From an uncultured Rhodospirillaceae bacterium (lineage in GTDB: Bacteria > Pseudomonadota > Alphaproteobacteria > UBA2966), in assembly GCA_964343605.1 (NCBI GenBank), contig CAYFKJ010000008.1:93926-157925 (forward strand): DNA of 64,000 nucleotides, in the 5' to 3' direction. This document shows, piece after piece, positions 18,409-28,514 of the stretch. A program made the position numbers and the translations under genes. The notes beneath the pieces were generated by a model. It searched no databases, was not told the DNA's origin, and was given only the letters and a program-made list of their open reading frames with translations. Each line of letters opens with the position of its first letter. Within the stretch, counting starts at the first letter, position 1.

Positions 18409-18834
18409 TTACTGGCCGGTCGTGTTCCCGTCCTTCGACGTCGCAGCGACGAGGAACGATTTGTAGTCCATATCCTCGTTGATGACGTCGTCCATGAGGA
18501 AGAATATCACTTCCTTGCGCAAAACCTCGCGGGCCTGCGGGTTGCCGACGACCTTTTCGGCCAGGGTCAGCATGGTTTCCATCTTGTCGTCGAGCCCCGC
18601 GTGGTGCTGGCGGTGCTTGTCGGTATCCGGATACCCGTACTTTGCCAGCAGGGATTCTTCGCGGGCGAAGTGCTGTTTGGCCAGCGAGACGAAATCGGGA
18701 ACCAGCTTGGTGCAGTCTTCGGGCTTGCCGTCGTCGATCGCCTGAACAATTTCATTGACGATATCCACCAACCGGCGGTGATCGGAGTCGATGGCATCGA
18801 CCTCGATTTCGAACGACCGCGAAATTTCGACCAT
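18409..18834 (-). CDS. Hemerythrin-like protein
   Basis: IDSDH, HFAREE, HRQHH motifs. Confidence 0.8.
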   Translation of the reverse strand: MVEISRSFEIEVDAIDSDHRRLVDIVNEIVQAIDDGKPEDCTKLVPDFVSLAKQHFAREESLLAKYGYPDTDKHRQHHAGLDDKMETMLTLAEKVVGNPQAREVLRKEVIFFLMDDVINEDMDYKSFLVAATSKDGNTTGQ

Positions 18835-18856
18835 TCAGATTACTCCCCAAACACGA

Positions 18857-19915
18857 CTATTCGACAGGGTACAGGAAAGCATGACGCCGGTCCACGCGGG
18901 CCCGGACATCATCCATCAAAAGGGGGTCAAATGCGCCGGAAACACGGACTTCGAACTCCGCCCCGGCATTGATTCCCTCACGGACCTGCAGGCGAACCAG
19001 GGAACTGTCGCCCAGCAGGTGAGCGGACAACACGTTGACGGCGATGCCGCCCTTGTTGGCGTCGCCGTTGCTCAAGATCAGGCCTTCGGGCCGGATCAGC
19101 ATCTTGGCTTTGCTTCCCTCACCCAGCCCGTTCGCCTCAAAGGCGCCGAAGGAGGAATCGAGGCGCCCGTTGGAAACGGTGCCGTCGATCGCGTTCATGG
19201 GCCCGAACAGGCGGGCGACGAATTCGTCCACGGGCTTGTAGTAGATATCCGCGGGACGCCCCGACTGCAAAACCTGACCGTTGTCCCCCATAACCTTGAT
19301 GCGGTCCGCCATGAACATGGCTTCTTCGGGATCGTGCGTAACCATCAGGGTGGCGACGTTCGTGTGCTGCAGCACCGACAGGGTTTGTTCGCGGACGCGT
19401 GCCCGCATGTTGGTGTCGAGCCCCGAGAATGGTTCGTCCAGCAGGACAAGCCGCGGCTTCGGCGCCAGCGCCCGGGCCAAGGCGGCGCGTTGCTGTTGGC
19501 CGCCCGACAACATATGCGGATGCTTGCCGGCGTGCTGGGTCATGCCGACCTGATCGAGCATTTCCATGGCGCGTTTTTCCGCCGCCCCCTTGTCCTGGCG
19601 GAACAAGCCGAAGGCCACATTGTCGAGGACCGTCAAATGCGGGAACAGGGCGAAATCCTGGAACATGTAGCCGATCCGGCGGTCTTCCGGCGGCAACTGT
19701 CGGCCGGGTTCGGCAACGACGTCCTCGTCGATGGTCACGCTGCCGGCCTGCAGTTTCTCGAGACCGGCGGCGATGCGGAGAAGCGTGGTCTTCCCACAAC
19801 CCGAGGGGCCCAGCAGGCAGACCAATTCGCCGGCGGGAACCGTCAGGGAAACGTTGTCGAGAACGTGGGTGCGCCCATACGAATGGTGCACGCCGACCAT
19901 ATGCAATCCCTCCAT
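18857..19915 (-). CDS. fbpC: Fe3+ ABC transporter ATPase
   Basis: GPSGCGKT, FQDFALFPHL, LSGGQQQR; context. Confidence 0.85.
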   Translation of the reverse strand: MEGLHMVGVHHSYGRTHVLDNVSLTVPAGELVCLLGPSGCGKTTLLRIAAGLEKLQAGSVTIDEDVVAEPGRQLPPEDRRIGYMFQDFALFPHLTVLDNVAFGLFRQDKGAAEKRAMEMLDQVGMTQHAGKHPHMLSGGQQQRAALARALAPKPRLVLLDEPFSGLDTNMRARVREQTLSVLQHTNVATLMVTHDPEEAMFMADRIKVMGDNGQVLQSGRPADIYYKPVDEFVARLFGPMNAIDGTVSNGRLDSSFGAFEANGLGEGSKAKMLIRPEGLILSNGDANKGGIAVNVLSAHLLGDSSLVRLQVREGINAGAEFEVRVSGAFDPLLMDDVRARVDRRHAFLYPVE

Positions 19916-19919
19916 GGCC

Positions 19920-21617
19920 CTACCCCCCGCCCCGATGGCCGGGGCGCGACCGGGCGATGGCGAGGCTGAGCAGGATCACCGGCAGGATGCCGACGCCGAC
20001 GATGGAGAGCGCCGCCAGAGCGGCGTCACCGAGTTGTTCGTCGGAGGCGTACTGGTGCACGAAGGTTGCCAGGGTCTGGAAGTTGAAGGGTCGCAGGATG
20101 GTCGTCATCGGCAGTTCCTTCATGCAGTCGACGAAGACCAGCATGATGGCGGTCAGGATACTGCCGCGCATCAAGGGCAGGTGGATAAGGCGCATGGTGT
20201 CGAACGCGCCCCGTCCCAGACTGCGCGAGGCGCCGTCCATGCTCGGCGTGATCTTGCCGAGGCTGGCCTCGACGGTACCGAGCGCCAGGGCGAGAAAGCG
20301 CACGAGGTAGCCGAACGTGACGGCGGCGATGGTGCCGCTGAAAATCAACCCCGTGGAAAGGCCGAAGTGCCGCCGCGCCATACTGTCAATGCCGTTGTCG
20401 AGATTGCCCAGAACGACCATCACCCCGACTGCGAGAACGGCGCCGGGAACAGCGTATCCCAAAGCCGCGATGTGGTTTGCGACGTGCAGAAAATGCCCGC
20501 CATTGATGCGGGCGCTGTAGACCATGACCGTGGCGACAATGACGGCGAGGATGCCGGCCAACACGGACAACCGGATGCTATTGACGGCGTGACCCATGAT
20601 TTCCGAAGTGAGTTCCGGATCGAAATGCTGGTGCGCGTAAACCAGTAGGATCACGGTCGGGAGGAAAAAGCCCAGGACAACCGGCGTCGCACACCCCAAC
20701 ATCGCGAAATAAGCCCGCGGTCCCCTGAGACGAAGCCCCGGCAGCGCCTGGTATTTCGTCGTGGTGTGGTGAAAGCGTTGCTTGCGGCGGGCATATCGTT
20801 CGGCAAACACCAGGAGGGCAACGAACAGCAACATGACGACCGCCAATTGCGCCGCGCCGCCGACGTTGTTCATGTTCATCCAGACATCGAAGATGCCCAG
20901 TGAGAACGTATTGACCGCGAAGAAGTCGACGGTGCCGTAGTCGTTCAACGTTTCCATCAGCACCAGCGAAACGCCGATAACGATGGCCGGTCGCGCCAGC
21001 GGCAGAGCGACCGTAAAGAAACTGCGCCACGGTCCCCGGCCGAGCGAGCGGCTGGCCTCGAGAACGCCGATCGATTGCTCCAGAAAGGCGGCGCGCGCCA
21101 GCAGATAGACATAAGGATAAAGCACCAGCGTCATCATCGAGATGGCGCCGCCGACGGATCGGATCTCGGGAAACCAGTAATCCCGCTTTGTGCTCCAGCC
21201 GAAGATATCGCGCAGCATCGCCTGCAACGGGCCTGAATACTCGAGTATGTCGGTGTAGACGTAGGCGATGACGTAGGCCGGCATGGCCATGGGCAGCAGC
21301 ATCCCCCACTCGAAAAAGCGCCGCCCCGGGAAACGAAGCATCGTGACCATCCAGGCCGTGCCGACGCCGATCAACAATGTGCCGACGCCGACACCGGCCA
21401 TCAATGTCAGGGTCGTGCCGATGTAGCCGGGCAGCACCGTGGAGACGAGATGCGGCCAGATGTTTTCTTCCGGTGTTAAGGCGAGGTAGGCGACCGCGAA
21501 TACGGGAACGGCGACGAGAACGGTGATCATCATCGTGCCGACGGTCCAGCCGTCGAACCGGTCGGTCCTCCACGGTCTGGGCCGGGAAGCATTCGCGATT
21601 TCAGATTCCGACGTCAT
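19920..21617 (-). CDS. fbpB: Fe3+ ABC transporter permease
   Basis: Two-domain permease; YPYVYL, ETLNDYG, KELP motifs. Confidence 0.87.
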   Translation of the reverse strand: MTSESEIANASRPRPWRTDRFDGWTVGTMMITVLVAVPVFAVAYLALTPEENIWPHLVSTVLPGYIGTTLTLMAGVGVGTLLIGVGTAWMVTMLRFPGRRFFEWGMLLPMAMPAYVIAYVYTDILEYSGPLQAMLRDIFGWSTKRDYWFPEIRSVGGAISMMTLVLYPYVYLLARAAFLEQSIGVLEASRSLGRGPWRSFFTVALPLARPAIVIGVSLVLMETLNDYGTVDFFAVNTFSLGIFDVWMNMNNVGGAAQLAVVMLLFVALLVFAERYARRKQRFHHTTTKYQALPGLRLRGPRAYFAMLGCATPVVLGFFLPTVILLVYAHQHFDPELTSEIMGHAVNSIRLSVLAGILAVIVATVMVYSARINGGHFLHVANHIAALGYAVPGAVLAVGVMVVLGNLDNGIDSMARRHFGLSTGLIFSGTIAAVTFGYLVRFLALALGTVEASLGKITPSMDGASRSLGRGAFDTMRLIHLPLMRGSILTAIMLVFVDCMKELPMTTILRPFNFQTLATFVHQYASDEQLGDAALAALSIVGVGILPVILLSLAIARSRPGHRGGG

Positions 21618-21741
21618 CTTATTCGCCGTGACCCCTTTTGTTACTCATTTACTTCCGCCTCTGCAGACGGCGGAAGGCCGATCAGCGTACGTCGCCGACC
21701 GGCCTCCGAGTGCGCCCTCCCGGGCGCCTATGTCGCGTAAC

Positions 21742-22785
21742 CTAATTGTTGAAGGCGACTTGATCCACCAATTTGGTTGCCGTTCCGCGTTCGCCGGCAA
21801 TCTTTGAAAGGTAAGCTTTGTCGGCTTTGAATTCACCCCAAGACGCCACCATCGGGTGCAGCGCGATGCCGGGCTTGACGGGGTATTCGAAGTTCGTTTC
21901 GGCGTAGATCTTCTGCGCCGCATCACCGCTCAGGAACTCGATCAGGCGAAGCGCGTTCGCCTTATTCTTGGCCGCCTTGGTGACGGCGGCGCCGCTGACA
22001 TTGACGTGGGCGCCGCGGTCGTTCTGGTTGGGGAAGATAATGTTGACAGCCTTGGCCCATTCCTTCTGGACGGGATCCTTTTTGTTGGTCGCCATTTTGC
22101 CCATGTAATAGGTGTTGCCGATGGCGACATCGCATTCGCCCTCGTATACGGCTTTGACCTGCGCGCGGTCGTTGCCCTGGGGTTTGCGCGCCAGATTGGC
22201 CTTCAGGCCCTTGGCCCAGGCCTTGGCGCCTTCCGTACCCTTGGCCACGACGATCGAGGCGAGGAGCGAGACATTGTAGACGTGCTTGCCGGAGCGGATG
22301 CAGACCCGCCCTTTCATCTTGGGATCGGCGAGATCCTCGTAGGTCGTCAGCTCGCCCGGTTTGACGCGCGACTTCGAGGCGTAGATGACGCGGGCGCGCA
22401 CGGTCAGGCCGTACCAGTTGCCGTCGGGATGGCGGTATTGGGCCGGGATATTGGCGTTTAGAACATCTGACTTAACGGGCTGCAGCAGTCCCGCCTGGTC
22501 ATGGTTGTGCAAATTTCCGATATCGGTCACCAGGATCAAATCGGCCGGCGTGTTGGCCCCCTCGGATTTGAGCCGTTCAAGCATGCCCTTTTTCAAATAG
22601 ACCATGTTGACCTTGACGCCGGTTTCCTCGGTGAACGCCTTCAACAGCGGCTTCATGAGGAACGGCTGGCGCGAGGAATAAAGGTTTACTTCCTCGGCCG
22701 CGGCCATCGAAGCGCCGGACATTGCCACAACGGCAAAGACGGCGGAAAGGACGACCGTGCGTCTTAAGAAGTTCTGGGGTTTCAC
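21742..22785 (-). CDS. fbpA: Fe3+ ABC substrate-binding protein (FbpA/FutA)
   Basis: Signal peptide; YSSR, HVYN, GNDRAQ, NTYY iron-ligand motif. Confidence 0.88.
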   Translation of the reverse strand: MKPQNFLRRTVVLSAVFAVVAMSGASMAAAEEVNLYSSRQPFLMKPLLKAFTEETGVKVNMVYLKKGMLERLKSEGANTPADLILVTDIGNLHNHDQAGLLQPVKSDVLNANIPAQYRHPDGNWYGLTVRARVIYASKSRVKPGELTTYEDLADPKMKGRVCIRSGKHVYNVSLLASIVVAKGTEGAKAWAKGLKANLARKPQGNDRAQVKAVYEGECDVAIGNTYYMGKMATNKKDPVQKEWAKAVNIIFPNQNDRGAHVNVSGAAVTKAAKNKANALRLIEFLSGDAAQKIYAETNFEYPVKPGIALHPMVASWGEFKADKAYLSKIAGERGTATKLVDQVAFNN

Positions 22786-22852
22786 TTCTCTTACTCCTTG
22801 ACGAACCTGGGGTTGACCTTGGTCTTCCCCTAATCACTGACCACGCAAATCT

Positions 22853-22873
22853 AATTGCGAACAATTCTCAATT
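22853..22873. promoter_or_regulatory. Fur-like iron-responsive operator
   Basis: AATTGCGAA-CAA-TTCTCAATT near-perfect dyad upstream of fbpA. Confidence 0.6.
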
Positions 22874-23130
22874 GCAGAAAATAGGTAGGTCCCCGGATGT
22901 TGTCAACACAAATCCCAAATATTTTTATGGGTATATGAACCGAGACCCTATGCCTGATGATAAAGCATTGTAATTTTTGAAAGAATCCGGTGTGCGGCAT
23001 CTCGTCGCAGGGGCCGCCCCGATGGGCTATGCCGCTGAGGTCTCGGGCTGTATCGTCTATATTGCTGAAAACGAGGAGGGTGTTTCATGCCACTGAAATT
23101 CGAAGACGGCACGACTGACGGAGAACTGAA

Positions 23131-24915
23131 ATGGCGGTGAACGAAAGCGGTGCCGGGGATGTGATCCGCATCGCCAATTGCAGCGGCTTTTACGGTGACA
23201 AGCTTTCGGCTGCACGGGAGATGGTCGAAGGCGGTCCGATCGACGTCCTGACCGGTGATTACCTCGCGGAACTCACCATGTCGATCCTGTTCAGCCAGAA
23301 AATGAAGAAGCCGGAAACCGGCTACGTCGGCACGTTCCTCAAGCAAATCCGCGAAGTCGTCGGCCCCTGCCTCGAACGCGACATCAAGATCGTCTCGAAC
23401 GCCGGCGGCCTCAATCCCAAGGGCATGGCCGAGGCCGTCGAGGAAATCGTCTCCGAACTCGAACTGGAGGCCAAGGTTGCTTACATCGACGGCGACGACT
23501 TGCTGCCCAGGCTCGGCGAATTGGCGGATGCCGGCGAGAGCCTGACTAACCTCGACACCGGCACGGCCTTAAGGAATGCCGGCAATCCCCCCGCAACCGC
23601 CAATGCCTACCTCGGCGCCTGGGGCATCAAGGAGGCCCTCGACAGGGGTGCTGACATCGTGATTTGCCCTCGCGTCACGGACGCTGCCGTGGTCATCGGC
23701 CCAGCGGCCTGGAAGTTCGGCTGGCAGCGCAACGATTACGATGCGTTGGCGGGTGCCCTGGCCGCCGGACACATCATCGAATGCGGCGCCCAGGCGACGG
23801 GCGGAAATTATTCCTTTTTCCAGGAAGTGCCGAGCTTCCACAATGTCGGCTACCCCATCGCGGAGGTCGAGGCCGACGGCAGCTTCACCATTACCAAACA
23901 TCCCGGCACGGGCGGTCTGGTGTCGGAGGGTACGGTGACGGCTCAATTGCTCTATGAAATCTCGTCGCCCGCCTACCTCAACCCCGACGTCATCGCCCAT
24001 TTCGATACCCTGTCGATCACTCAAACCGAACCGGAGCGCGTACGGGTGTCAGGGTGCCGGGGCTCGACGCCGCCGCCCAGCCACAAGGTCTGCATCAATA
24101 CCCTGGGCGGCTACCGCAACGGCATGGAAATCCTGCTGACCGGTTTGGACATCGAGGAAAAGGCGAAAGTGTTCTCGGATACGCTGTTCGATTCGGTTGG
24201 CGGCCGCGATCAATTCGACGACGTTACCGACCAGATCGTCCGCAGCGACAAGCCCGATCCCGCCACCAACGAAGAAGCCTTCGCCAGCTTGCGCGTGACC
24301 GTCAAATCCCAGGACCAGAAGCTGGTTGGACGTATTTTCAGCGCAAAGATCATCGAACTCGCGCTGGCCAATATTCCGGGTTTCGCGGCGAGAGACATGT
24401 CGGGCTCGAGCGGCAGCCCCTATGTCGTCCATTGGCCGGCCCTCGTGGACTCCAAGCACATCCGCGAACGGGTTCACATGGGCGAAGACGAGGTGGAAAT
24501 CGTGCCGACCAGTCAATTGGATCTCGAGGAGATCTATTACCAGAAAGTGCCGGCCGACATACCTGAGCCGCCGGACGGGGAGACCATGTCCCTACCCTTC
24601 GGCCGGCTGTTCGGCACGCGCTCCGGCGACAAGGGAGGCTGCGCCAATCTCGGCGTTTGGGCCAAGACCGACGCGGCCTACGGCTTCCTATACGAATTCC
24701 TAACTGTCGCCCGGCTGAAGGAATTGCTGACCGACACCGCCGAGTTCGAAATCGAACGCTTTGAACTTCCCAACATCCGGGCGCTCAACTTCTATATCCA
24801 CGGCATCCTGGGTGAAGGCGTCTCGTCATCCACCCGCATCGACGGACAGGCGAAATCACTGGGCGAATATCTCAGGGCGAAGCACATCGAGGCGCCGAAG
24901 GCGCTAGTCGACTAA
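23131..24915 (+). CDS. Acyclic terpene utilisation AtuA-family protein (DUF1446)
   Basis: RIANCSGFYGD, GDYLAELTM, GHIIECGAQATGG, RSGDKG motifs. Confidence 0.88.
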   Translation: MAVNESGAGDVIRIANCSGFYGDKLSAAREMVEGGPIDVLTGDYLAELTMSILFSQKMKKPETGYVGTFLKQIREVVGPCLERDIKIVSNAGGLNPKGMAEAVEEIVSELELEAKVAYIDGDDLLPRLGELADAGESLTNLDTGTALRNAGNPPATANAYLGAWGIKEALDRGADIVICPRVTDAAVVIGPAAWKFGWQRNDYDALAGALAAGHIIECGAQATGGNYSFFQEVPSFHNVGYPIAEVEADGSFTITKHPGTGGLVSEGTVTAQLLYEISSPAYLNPDVIAHFDTLSITQTEPERVRVSGCRGSTPPPSHKVCINTLGGYRNGMEILLTGLDIEEKAKVFSDTLFDSVGGRDQFDDVTDQIVRSDKPDPATNEEAFASLRVTVKSQDQKLVGRIFSAKIIELALANIPGFAARDMSGSSGSPYVVHWPALVDSKHIRERVHMGEDEVEIVPTSQLDLEEIYYQKVPADIPEPPDGETMSLPFGRLFGTRSGDKGGCANLGVWAKTDAAYGFLYEFLTVARLKELLTDTAEFEIERFELPNIRALNFYIHGILGEGVSSSTRIDGQAKSLGEYLRAKHIEAPKALVD

Positions 24916-26120
24916 TCCCAGACACTCCACATGGCTTTGGCCTCACGCCATTGTTCCTCGGTCATGCCGGGATCGCCGTCAGGCAGGAGGCGCGTGCCTT
25001 GGAACTGGTGGTGCGGGCGGGTCCAGGTGCCGCGCTTAAATAACTTTTCGATATTGGCGCGGTAGACCTTGTCGACCTCGTTGTGGTGCGCCGGGTCGTC
25101 CTTGAGCCAGAGGTTTTTGGGGTGAATCGGTTCCCGGTACATGTCCTGGAACAGTTCCGTGCGCAGATCCTTGAGCCAGTTGCTGTTGAGGTTCATCGCC
25201 CGGAATTGACGCAACGCTTCGATATCGATGATGGCCGAGACGACCGTATTGGTGCCCGATGCGGAATGACTGAGGACCTCGCCCCGGTAGCCGACGATGT
25301 GGCTGTTGCCGCCCGAGATGTCGATGGGATGTTTTGACGACGCCGAAAGGTAAACCGGCCCGATGTTGGGGCACAGCATGTAGACGTTGTTGAATTCGGC
25401 ATGACCCCGGTTCTGGACCATCCAGCTACCGCCGCCGTCCGAACCGATGTTGGTCATCGGCACGGCTTCGGAGGGCCGATAGACGACTTCGGCGCCGTTG
25501 AACGTGAGCGCGCGCACGGCTTCGGGGTATTCGCCGTCGGAACAGCAGATGGTGCCGATGTTGCCGATATCGTCGGTCTTCAGCACGGGATAGAAGGCGT
25601 CGATGCCGTCGCCGAACACCTCCACCCAGCGGTCGTAGATATCGTGTGGCGTGCACGAGCGTTCGCGGCACCAGAGATGGTTCTTGGCCGCCTTGTGCAC
25701 CACCTTGCCGTTGGGGCCAATGACGAACAGCGTGTTGAAGAACCGATCGTCCATGACCTCCGGCCAGCGTGCCTTGCACTGCACGATGATGTAGGTCTCG
25801 TACATCTTGGCCAGACGGCCGAGTACTTCGGTTTCTTCGCCCGGAATATCGATGAACAACTCCTTCGCCGCCAGGGTGTGCGGAAGGTCGAAGATCTCGT
25901 CGGTAAAGCCCGTCAACGCGCCTTCCGCCAGCGCGATGATCTTGACCGGCATGTTGATGCCGACCATGGAAACGGCGGCGTGGATGGCGTCCTCGATGGT
26001 CTCCAGATTGTGCCTGATGTGGCTGCGTTCGGCGATGCCGTAGGCGACCGTGGAGATGCCGACGGCCATATAAGGCGCGATCGGGCCCTTGGTTTTCGTC
26101 TTCTTGGGTTTTGCCGCCAT
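24912..26120 (-). CDS. Nitrilase-superfamily C-N hydrolase
   Basis: E-K-C triad (LAEG, AAK, ICCSDGEYPE). Confidence 0.8.
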   Translation of the reverse strand: MAAKPKKTKTKGPIAPYMAVGISTVAYGIAERSHIRHNLETIEDAIHAAVSMVGINMPVKIIALAEGALTGFTDEIFDLPHTLAAKELFIDIPGEETEVLGRLAKMYETYIIVQCKARWPEVMDDRFFNTLFVIGPNGKVVHKAAKNHLWCRERSCTPHDIYDRWVEVFGDGIDAFYPVLKTDDIGNIGTICCSDGEYPEAVRALTFNGAEVVYRPSEAVPMTNIGSDGGGSWMVQNRGHAEFNNVYMLCPNIGPVYLSASSKHPIDISGGNSHIVGYRGEVLSHSASGTNTVVSAIIDIEALRQFRAMNLNSNWLKDLRTELFQDMYREPIHPKNLWLKDDPAHHNEVDKVYRANIEKLFKRGTWTRPHHQFQGTRLLPDGDPGMTEEQWREAKAMWSVWD

Positions 26121-26122
26121 GA

Positions 26123-26905
26123 CTATTCCCCACCCTCATATCCCGCCATGGTGTGTTCGCGCACGCGGGCCATGCCGCGGAGCCAGCGGTCGCGGTCGTC
26201 GGCCTTGCGCCGCATGTATTCGTAGACCGTTTCGTGCGGGAAGATCAGGAAGCGGCCCTCTGCCATGCCCTGCATGACGGCGTCAGCGACATCCTCGGGC
26301 TGCAGCATGCCGTCGACGGCGGCCGGCGTATCGGTACGACCGCCGGTCATGCCGGTGACGACGCCCTGGGGACAGACGACGGAAACGCCCACGCCGTGCG
26401 GGCCGTACTTGGCGGCGAGGAATTCCGCGAAGCCGATGGCGGCGTGCTTGGACATGGTGTAAGCGGCGCTGTCGACCTGGATCAGGATGCCGGCGGCCGA
26501 GGCCGTGTTGACGAGATAACCCGAGCCGCGTTCCGCCATGCCGGGCGCCACGGCGCGGGCGGCGTAGACGTGGCTCATGGTGTTGATGCGCCAGCTCGCC
26601 TCGAAATCGTCGTCGGATTGGTCTTCGTCGCCGAAACGGAAGATGCCGGCATTGGAGCAGAAAACGTCGACGGGCCCGAAGGCTTTCTCGGTCTCGGCGA
26701 CCAGCGCCTGGATGTCACCCTCATTGCCGACGTCGCAGGGCATCGAGATCGCCCCGAGATCGTCGGCCACCGCCCTGACGCCGTCGGCGTTGACGTCGGC
26801 CAGCGCCAGGCCCTTGGCGCCGTCCGCCTTGAAGCGTTCCGCCATGGCCTTGCCGATGCCGCTGGCCGCGCCCGTGACGACGACGACCTTGTCCCTGATA
26901 TCCAT
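26123..26905 (-). CDS. Short-chain dehydrogenase/reductase
   Basis: TGAASGIG, NAG, YTMSK. Confidence 0.92.
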   Translation of the reverse strand: MDIRDKVVVVTGAASGIGKAMAERFKADGAKGLALADVNADGVRAVADDLGAISMPCDVGNEGDIQALVAETEKAFGPVDVFCSNAGIFRFGDEDQSDDDFEASWRINTMSHVYAARAVAPGMAERGSGYLVNTASAAGILIQVDSAAYTMSKHAAIGFAEFLAAKYGPHGVGVSVVCPQGVVTGMTGGRTDTPAAVDGMLQPEDVADAVMQGMAEGRFLIFPHETVYEYMRRKADDRDRWLRGMARVREHTMAGYEGGE

Positions 26906-26929
26906 CGTTCAACTCCCCTGCTGAAGCAC

Positions 26930-27739
26930 CTAGACCGGACAGTCCTTGGGGAACTCGGGCTTGCGTTTCTCCAGGTGGGAGGCCAGGCCCTCGCGCGCTT
27001 CCTCACCCGCGAAGCCGAGGATTTCCAGCGCCGTCGAGGTGTCGTAGATGGGGCCGGCCGAGCGCAGCCAGTTGTTGAGGGCGTACTTGGTCCAGCGGAT
27101 GGCGCTTTGCGCCCCGTTGCTGAGCTCGACGGCGATCTCCAGGGCGGTGTCCTGCAGCTCGTCGTCCTCCACGCACATGGACACCAGGCCGATGCGGTCG
27201 GCTTCCTCGCCGGAAACGGGTCGGCAGGTCATCAGGTAGTACTTGGCCTTGGCCATGCCGCACAGGAGCGGCCAGATGATGGCGGAGACGTCGCCGGCGG
27301 CAACGCCGAGGCGGGTGTGGCCGTCGACGATCTTGGCCGATTTGCCGGCGATGGAGACGTCCGCCAGGATGCCGACCACCAGCCCCGCGCCGACGGCGAC
27401 GCCGTTGATGGCGGAGATGATCGGCTTGTTGCAGTTGATGACGTTGTAGACAAGGTCGCGGGCTTCCTTCCACGTGTGCATGCGGATGACCGGATCGTCG
27501 AGGACCTTCTTGATCATCTCGAAGTCGCCGCCGGCGGAGAAGGCCTTGCCGGCGCCCGTCACCAGGACGGCGGAGATGTCGGGGTCCTTGTCGATGTCCT
27601 TCCAGATTTCGGTAAGTTCGGTGTGGGTTTCGGCATCCACCGAGTTGTAGGTTTCGGGCCGGTTGAAGGTGATGCGCAAGATGCGGTCGGCGGGGAAGTC
27701 GATACCAAGCTTCTTGTAGGCGGCGTAACGGTCGCTCAT
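26930..27739 (-). CDS. Enoyl-CoA hydratase/isomerase family protein
   Basis: [22 protein letters not shown]; start set at MSDRYAA. Confidence 0.9.
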   Translation of the reverse strand: MSDRYAAYKKLGIDFPADRILRITFNRPETYNSVDAETHTELTEIWKDIDKDPDISAVLVTGAGKAFSAGGDFEMIKKVLDDPVIRMHTWKEARDLVYNVINCNKPIISAINGVAVGAGLVVGILADVSIAGKSAKIVDGHTRLGVAAGDVSAIIWPLLCGMAKAKYYLMTCRPVSGEEADRIGLVSMCVEDDELQDTALEIAVELSNGAQSAIRWTKYALNNWLRSAGPIYDTSTALEILGFAGEEAREGLASHLEKRKPEFPKDCPV

Positions 27740-27881
27740 TTGAATTCCATTCCGTATCTGAATTTGGAGGGTCAAAATTCGGAGCGCCATCCTATCAGAT
27801 TATAGACCGGAGCGTCCGCCCTCCGATTGGGGCGGCGGCGGGGATCGCCCGGCGGGAGCAACATCGCGCGCGCACCAACAA

Positions 27882-27912
27882 GGAAAGCCCGCATCACGGG
27901 ATGCGGGCTTCC
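27882..27912 (-). terminator. Probable intrinsic terminator
   Basis: AAGCCCGCATC-ACGG-GATGCGGGCTT stem-loop downstream of the small minus-strand gene. Confidence 0.6.
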
Positions 27913-27984
27913 GTTTAACGAACGGCCGGGCCGGTTGGCCGGTCCGCACTCGTCAGAATTTCAAATGATCAGACTCGCGGGCGA

Positions 27985-28170
27985 TCAGACGTCGTTGTCG
28001 ATCTTGATACCCTTGCCGCGTTCGACGCCGGGATCGTTCTTGATTTTCCGCACCGCCGCTTCGCGCTCAAGCGCCTTGTCGGCAACGCTGTCGCTGCTGT
28101 TGCTGAGCTTCGAGGGGTGTACGCCGGTCGCCAGAGCGACCGTGCGCGGGCCAATTGCTTCAACCTTCAT
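27985..28170 (-). CDS. Small hypothetical protein (61 aa)
   Basis: GGAGG RBS, host-like codons, downstream terminator; ends KGIKIDNDV. Confidence 0.6.
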   Translation of the reverse strand: MKVEAIGPRTVALATGVHPSKLSNSSDSVADKALEREAAVRKIKNDPGVERGKGIKIDNDV

Positions 28171-28393
28171 ACCGGACCTCCGTAATCACAAATCACGAAA
28201 TTGCGGATTTCTTAGTACAAATATAGGCACGTTTACTGGCAAGGCCACCAATAAATCCGACAATAACTGGAATTTTACCTGGAAAAAGGGCGGATGAGGC
28301 AGGCAAATACTCGAAATACCTACACGGACGGGGGTTTGTTCTCCAATCGATTGTGGATTGCACCCCGGCCCCTTGCCGTTTGGCTGCGGCGCG

Positions 28394-28441
28394 TCAGTCC
28401 GGCTCGTCGAAATCGAAGGGGTCGAAGCCGTTACCCTTCCC
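28394..28441 (-). pseudogene. Possible 3' stump of an unidentified host gene (GKGNGFDPFDFDEPD*)
   Basis: Host-like C/G-ending codons ending in TGA; frame closed immediately upstream, at the composition shift. Confidence 0.4.
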
Positions 28442-28503
28442 TCACCCATGGAGGCCTCTCGCTTCTGGAAGTCACCGTTCCCTTCATTGAAATTTCCAAA
28501 TAA
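28432..28503 (+). pseudogene. pglZ: 3' stump of a PglZ-like (alkaline-phosphatase superfamily) gene
   Basis: YPSLTHGGLSLLEVTVPFIEISK* matches the PglZ C-terminal HGGxSxxExxVP motif; stop lies 11 bp before the MTase ATG. Confidence 0.65.
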
Positions 28504-28514
28504 GGCCTCCGCAC

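Noticed and set aside
2489..27805. Long antisense or overlapping ORFs (e.g. 4191-6149, 8696-9775, 15130-16416, 16936-18315, 26153-27805)
   Set aside because: Shadow frames of high-GC genes with no motifs; the opposite or alternative frame has clear family motifs
28321..28400. tRNA-like (GCCGCAGCCAAACGGCAAGG...TGCAA, minus strand) or tmRNA-like (GACGGGGGTT) sequence next to the junction
   Set aside because: No T-loop GTTCRA, no closing acceptor stem and no CCA end; a tRNAscan-SE/ARAGORN run would settle it
28294..28503. 69-aa ORF as a complete gene
   Set aside because: Only the last 23 codons look protein-like (PglZ motif); the rest is read-through of host intergenic or antisense DNA
28450..28510. 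GGAGGCCT...AGGCCTCC inverted repeat as a recombinase att site
   Set aside because: Only 8 bp, partly inside the pglZ coding stump, and no recombinase or partner site is visible
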